Positions 37,513 to 40,673 of a stretch of DNA of 40,673 bases are shown in pieces. The notes beneath the pieces are model-generated. The model had not been told where the DNA came from and made no database searches. It was given only the letters and a program-made list of their open reading frames with translations. The stretch lies in sequence record PQ179042; one strand, 5' to 3'. This DNA is from Escherichia phage KM02. The number at the start of each line of letters is the position of its first letter. The first letter of the stretch is position 1. Both the position numbers and the translations under genes were made by a program.

Positions 37513-37562
37513 CACTAACGTAGGTGACTATACGTGAATTCTTTTAAAACAGGAGGGCAACT

Positions 37563-38000
37563 ATGCTCAAACTTTTACGACAGGCCGTCCCTTGGCTGGT
37601 GGCAGGACTCCTGTTCTGTTCAGGCTACTGGGTGGCAGACAATAAGTGGGAGGCGAAAGTAAACGATGAGTACATCACGAAACTTGAGGCACGAGAAAAT
37701 CAACGGGCTGCTGTCCAAGGTGAAATCGACAAAGTGTCAAAAGACTGGCAAGACAAGATGTCCGCGCTGGAAGGCTCTACTGATAGGATTATTGCTGACC
37801 TTAACCACGATAACAAGCGGCTGCGCGTCCGAGTCAACACCTCAGGTCTCACCGAGTCAGATGTCAGTCGATGCTTCCCTAATGGTAGAGTCGAACTACA
37901 CCCAGAAACTTCTAAAAGTCTTATCCGAATAACTCAGGAGGCGGACCTTAAGGAGAAGGCGCTTCAGGACACAATAAGGAGGCTCCAAGGTGTTAAGTGA
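37563..38000 (+). CDS. 18.5: Rz-like i-spanin
   Basis: N-terminal TM segment; ALEGSTDRIIADLNHDNKRLRVRV matches T7 gp18.5. Confidence 0.88.
   Translation: MLKLLRQAVPWLVAGLLFCSGYWVADNKWEAKVNDEYITKLEARENQRAAVQGEIDKVSKDWQDKMSALEGSTDRIIADLNHDNKRLRVRVNTSGLTESDVSRCFPNGRVELHPETSKSLIRITQEADLKEKALQDTIRRLQGVK
37666..37932 (+). CDS. 18.7: Rz1-like o-spanin lipoprotein, embedded in the +1 frame of gene 18.5
   Basis: PRWKALLIGLLLTLTTITSGCASES (lipobox) and SVDASLMVESN match T7 gp18.7. Confidence 0.82.
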   Translation: MSTSRNLRHEKINGLLSKVKSTKCQKTGKTRCPRWKALLIGLLLTLTTITSGCASESTPQVSPSQMSVDASLMVESNYTQKLLKVLSE

Positions 38001-38035
38001 TTACTACAAAGTGGACCTAATGCTGGAGGGACTCT

Positions 38036-39802
38036 ATGTCTAAGAAAACACCTGTTGAAAGACAGGAAGAAATGACCAAAAGGATGAGGGACGACTTCGT
38101 GTTCTTCATCTTCGTTCTCTGGAAAGCTCTTAGCCTTCCGGTTCCAACCCGCTGCCAGATAGATATGTGTAAGAAGCTGGCTGCTGGGGATAATCGCCGC
38201 TTCATCCTTCAGGCGTTCCGTGGTATTGGCAAGTCGTTTCTGACCTGTGGTTTCGTGGTCTGGAAACTATGGAACAACCCAGACTTGAAGTTCATGATTG
38301 TGTCTGCCTCAAAGGAACGAGCCGATGCGAACTCCATCTTCATCAAGCGAATCATCGACCTCATGCCTCAGCTTCAGGAACTCAAACCTAAGCAGGGACA
38401 GCGAGATGCGGTTATCAGCTTTGACGTTGGGCCAGCCAAGCCAGATCACTCACCTTCGGTTAAGTCCGTTGGTATCACTGGTCAGTTGACTGGTAGTCGT
38501 GCTGACATCCTGATTGCCGATGACGTGGAGGTTCCTAACAACTCAGCGACTCAGGCTGCACGAGACCGTCTGTCAGAGCTTGTGAAAGAGTTCGACGCTA
38601 TCCTGAAGCCGGGAGGTACAATCATCTATCTGGGTACTCCTCAGAACGAGATGACCTTGTATCGTGAGCTGGAAGGCCGTGGGTACACCACTACTATCTG
38701 GCCCGCTCGTTATCCACGAGACCGGAAGGACTGGCAGTCTTACGGCGACCGTCTGGCTCCTATGCTTCAGGCAGAGCTTGAAGAGGACCCTGAGTCATTC
38801 TACTGGCGTCCGACTGATGAAGTACGCTTCGATGATACGGACCTTAAGGAACGTGAGCTGTCATATGGTAAGGCTGGCTTCGCTCTACAGTTCATGCTTA
38901 ACCCGAACCTGAGTGATGCCGAGAAGTACCCACTGAAGCTCCGTGACCTTATCGTAGCGGATTTGGACCCAGCGTCCAGCCCAATGGTCTACCAATGGTT
39001 ACCGAACCCTCAGAACAAGCGTGAGGACGTTCCTAACGTTGGACTCATGGGTGACTCATACCACACGTATCAGACTGTAGGTTCTGCCTTCAGTTCGTAC
39101 ACCCAGAAGATTCTGGTCATTGACCCTAGTGGTCGTGGTAAGGATGAAACTGGCTATGCGGTACTGTATCAGCTCAACGGCTACATCTTCGCTATGGAAG
39201 TTGGTGGTATGCGTGGTGGTTATGAAGACTCTACGCTGGAAGCCTTAGCTAAGATTGGTCGTAAGTGGAAGGTCAACGAATACGTCATTGAGGGTAACTT
39301 CGGTGATGGTATGTACCTTGAGCTATTCAAGCCTGTAGCGGCCCGTATCCATCCTGCTGCTGTAACTGAAGTGAAGAGTAAGGGTCAGAAAGAACTCCGC
39401 ATCTGTGACGTTCTGGAGCCTATCATGGGGTCTCACCGGCTTATCGTTAATGCTGCTGCTATCGTCCAAGACTACCAGTCAGCCTCCGATAAGGATGGTG
39501 TGCGTAACCCTATCTACTCCCTCTTCTACCAGATGACCCGTATCTCCCGTGAACGTGGAGCCTTGGCACACGATGACAGACTTGATGCGCTGGCTATCGG
39601 TGTACAGTTCTTCGTTGAGTCTATGGCGAAGGATGCCAACAAAGGCGAACGTGAAGTCACTGAGGAGTGGCTGGAAGAACAGATGGAGAACCCACGGAAA
39701 GGCTTCGAGTCCATCCACACTGAGTTCTGGGACAATGGGGTCCGGGTAACTCACGATACGGACGACGAGCTTGGACTAGGGTCCTACGTTACGTTCCACT
39801 AG
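38036..39802 (+). CDS. 19: Terminase large subunit
   Basis: 588 aa; [25 protein letters not shown] and the nuclease-domain region match T7 gp19. Confidence 0.97.
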   Translation: MSKKTPVERQEEMTKRMRDDFVFFIFVLWKALSLPVPTRCQIDMCKKLAAGDNRRFILQAFRGIGKSFLTCGFVVWKLWNNPDLKFMIVSASKERADANSIFIKRIIDLMPQLQELKPKQGQRDAVISFDVGPAKPDHSPSVKSVGITGQLTGSRADILIADDVEVPNNSATQAARDRLSELVKEFDAILKPGGTIIYLGTPQNEMTLYRELEGRGYTTTIWPARYPRDRKDWQSYGDRLAPMLQAELEEDPESFYWRPTDEVRFDDTDLKERELSYGKAGFALQFMLNPNLSDAEKYPLKLRDLIVADLDPASSPMVYQWLPNPQNKREDVPNVGLMGDSYHTYQTVGSAFSSYTQKILVIDPSGRGKDETGYAVLYQLNGYIFAMEVGGMRGGYEDSTLEALAKIGRKWKVNEYVIEGNFGDGMYLELFKPVAARIHPAAVTEVKSKGQKELRICDVLEPIMGSHRLIVNAAAIVQDYQSASDKDGVRNPIYSLFYQMTRISRERGALAHDDRLDALAIGVQFFVESMAKDANKGEREVTEEWLEEQMENPRKGFESIHTEFWDNGVRVTHDTDDELGLGSYVTFH

Positions 39803-39897
39803 CTGAATGAATAACTATAGGCGAAAACTGAATTAATACTCAGTTAGTAACCTATAGTTACTACCAGTCTAACCTACTGTTTTATAAGGAGTTTGGA

Positions 39898-39920
39898 CTT
39901 AACTATCACTATAGGGAAGA
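39898..39920 (+). promoter_or_regulatory. Phage-RNAP promoter near the right end (phiOR analogue)
   Basis: cttaactatcactatagggaaga at 39898-39920. Confidence 0.7.
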
Positions 39921-40099
39921 CCAATGGTTACTTATAGTATTACTGTAGTGAATATACATATGCAGACTTTATGCAAGACCTTAGGAGGCAGACTCCGAGT
40001 TCTTACCTAAGGCTTGCACCGATGGAAGGAGGGTGATATTAATCATAATCCCTCCAATACAGATAGTCACCGACCATAGATACAGGAGGTATGTAGCAT

Positions 40100-40258
40100 A
40101 TGGCAAAGACCAAAGCTGTACTTAAAGCTCTGGCGACCAATCGAGCTACATACAGGTTTCTTGCTGCTGTTCTACTTGCTGCTGGCGTTACTGCTGGAAG
40201 TGAGTGGGTCTGGTGGGTCGAGACTCTCGTATGTTCTCTGGTGTCTCAGTGTAGTTAA
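40100..40258 (+). CDS. Small hydrophobic protein (gene 19.5 position)
   Basis: 52-aa ORF with SD acaggagg 10 nt upstream; predicted TM helix LAAVLLAAGVTAG. Confidence 0.4.
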   Translation: MAKTKAVLKALATNRATYRFLAAVLLAAGVTAGSEWVWWVETLVCSLVSQCS

Positions 40259-40420
40259 CGCAATCATGATAACGATTCATGAGCGGAAGACCTAAGGTCA
40301 GTACGTGGATAAAGACTCACTCTACTGACCTTAGCTACTGTAGTCAAGGACTTTAGGTAACACCTTAATAGAAGCTCACTTAGGGTCATCCTACTTATTG
40401 GTCTATCCTAGTGTCGCCTG

Positions 40421-40459
40421 ACCTACGGTCCTTGACCTACAGTGGCTGTGGCCTACAGT
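40421..40459. repeat. Three (A/G)CCTAC(A/G)GT short repeats ending 38 bp before the right terminal repeat
   Basis: acctacggt 40421-40429, acctacagt 40435-40443, gcctacagt 40451-40459; same core as the left-end array. Confidence 0.75.
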
Positions 40460-40497
40460 AGTGACGATGAGTTTTGGACCAAAAGTTTGAGACCACA

Positions 40498-40673
40498 TCT
40501 CACAGTTCAAGAACCTCAAGTCTCCCCATAGGCCCTCTTTCAGTCAGACCAAAGGCCCTACCCCAGTCTATCATAAGGTTGGACCGATGGTCAAGACTTC
40601 AGGTCAACGATAGGTAGAGGCTATGGCTTAGGGAAGGACGATAGGTTGGGACTATGGGTCTTCTTTGAGTCTC
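40498..40673. repeat. Right direct terminal repeat (176 bp), identical to 2-177
   Basis: Exact sequence identity with the left end, read directly. Confidence 0.95.

Overview
The window is a complete, linear T7-like podophage genome (Autographiviridae-type) bounded by 176-bp direct terminal repeats (2-177 = 40498-40673). All credible genes are on the + strand in canonical T7 order: early region with a short gp0.7-like kinase, single-subunit RNA polymerase, ligase, gp1.7, Gp2, SSB, endonuclease I, amidase/lysozyme, primase-helicase, DNA polymerase, gp5.5, gp5.7, exonuclease, portal, scaffold, capsid, tail tube A/B, internal virion proteins gp13-16, tail fibre/spike, holin, small terminase, Rz/Rz1 and large terminase. 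I identified 11 phage-RNAP promoters (consensus cTAAACTATCACTATAGGGA), analogues of the TE and Tphi terminators, and three copies of a conserved motif at the positions of T7 RNase III sites. Points that depart from the T7 template are four homing-type nuclease genes (three HNH, one Endo VII-like paired with a DUF3850/ASCH-like ORF between genes 11 and 12), an in-frame TGA inside the gene 5.3-position HNH, a displaced divergent copy of the ligase 3' end, a phage promoter directly upstream of the RNAP gene, a non-SLT N-terminus on gp16, a beta-helix (depolymerase-like) tail spike, and a strongly acidic protein at the gp5.9 position. All calls rest on reading the sequence and on recalled T7 protein sequences; no database search was run.
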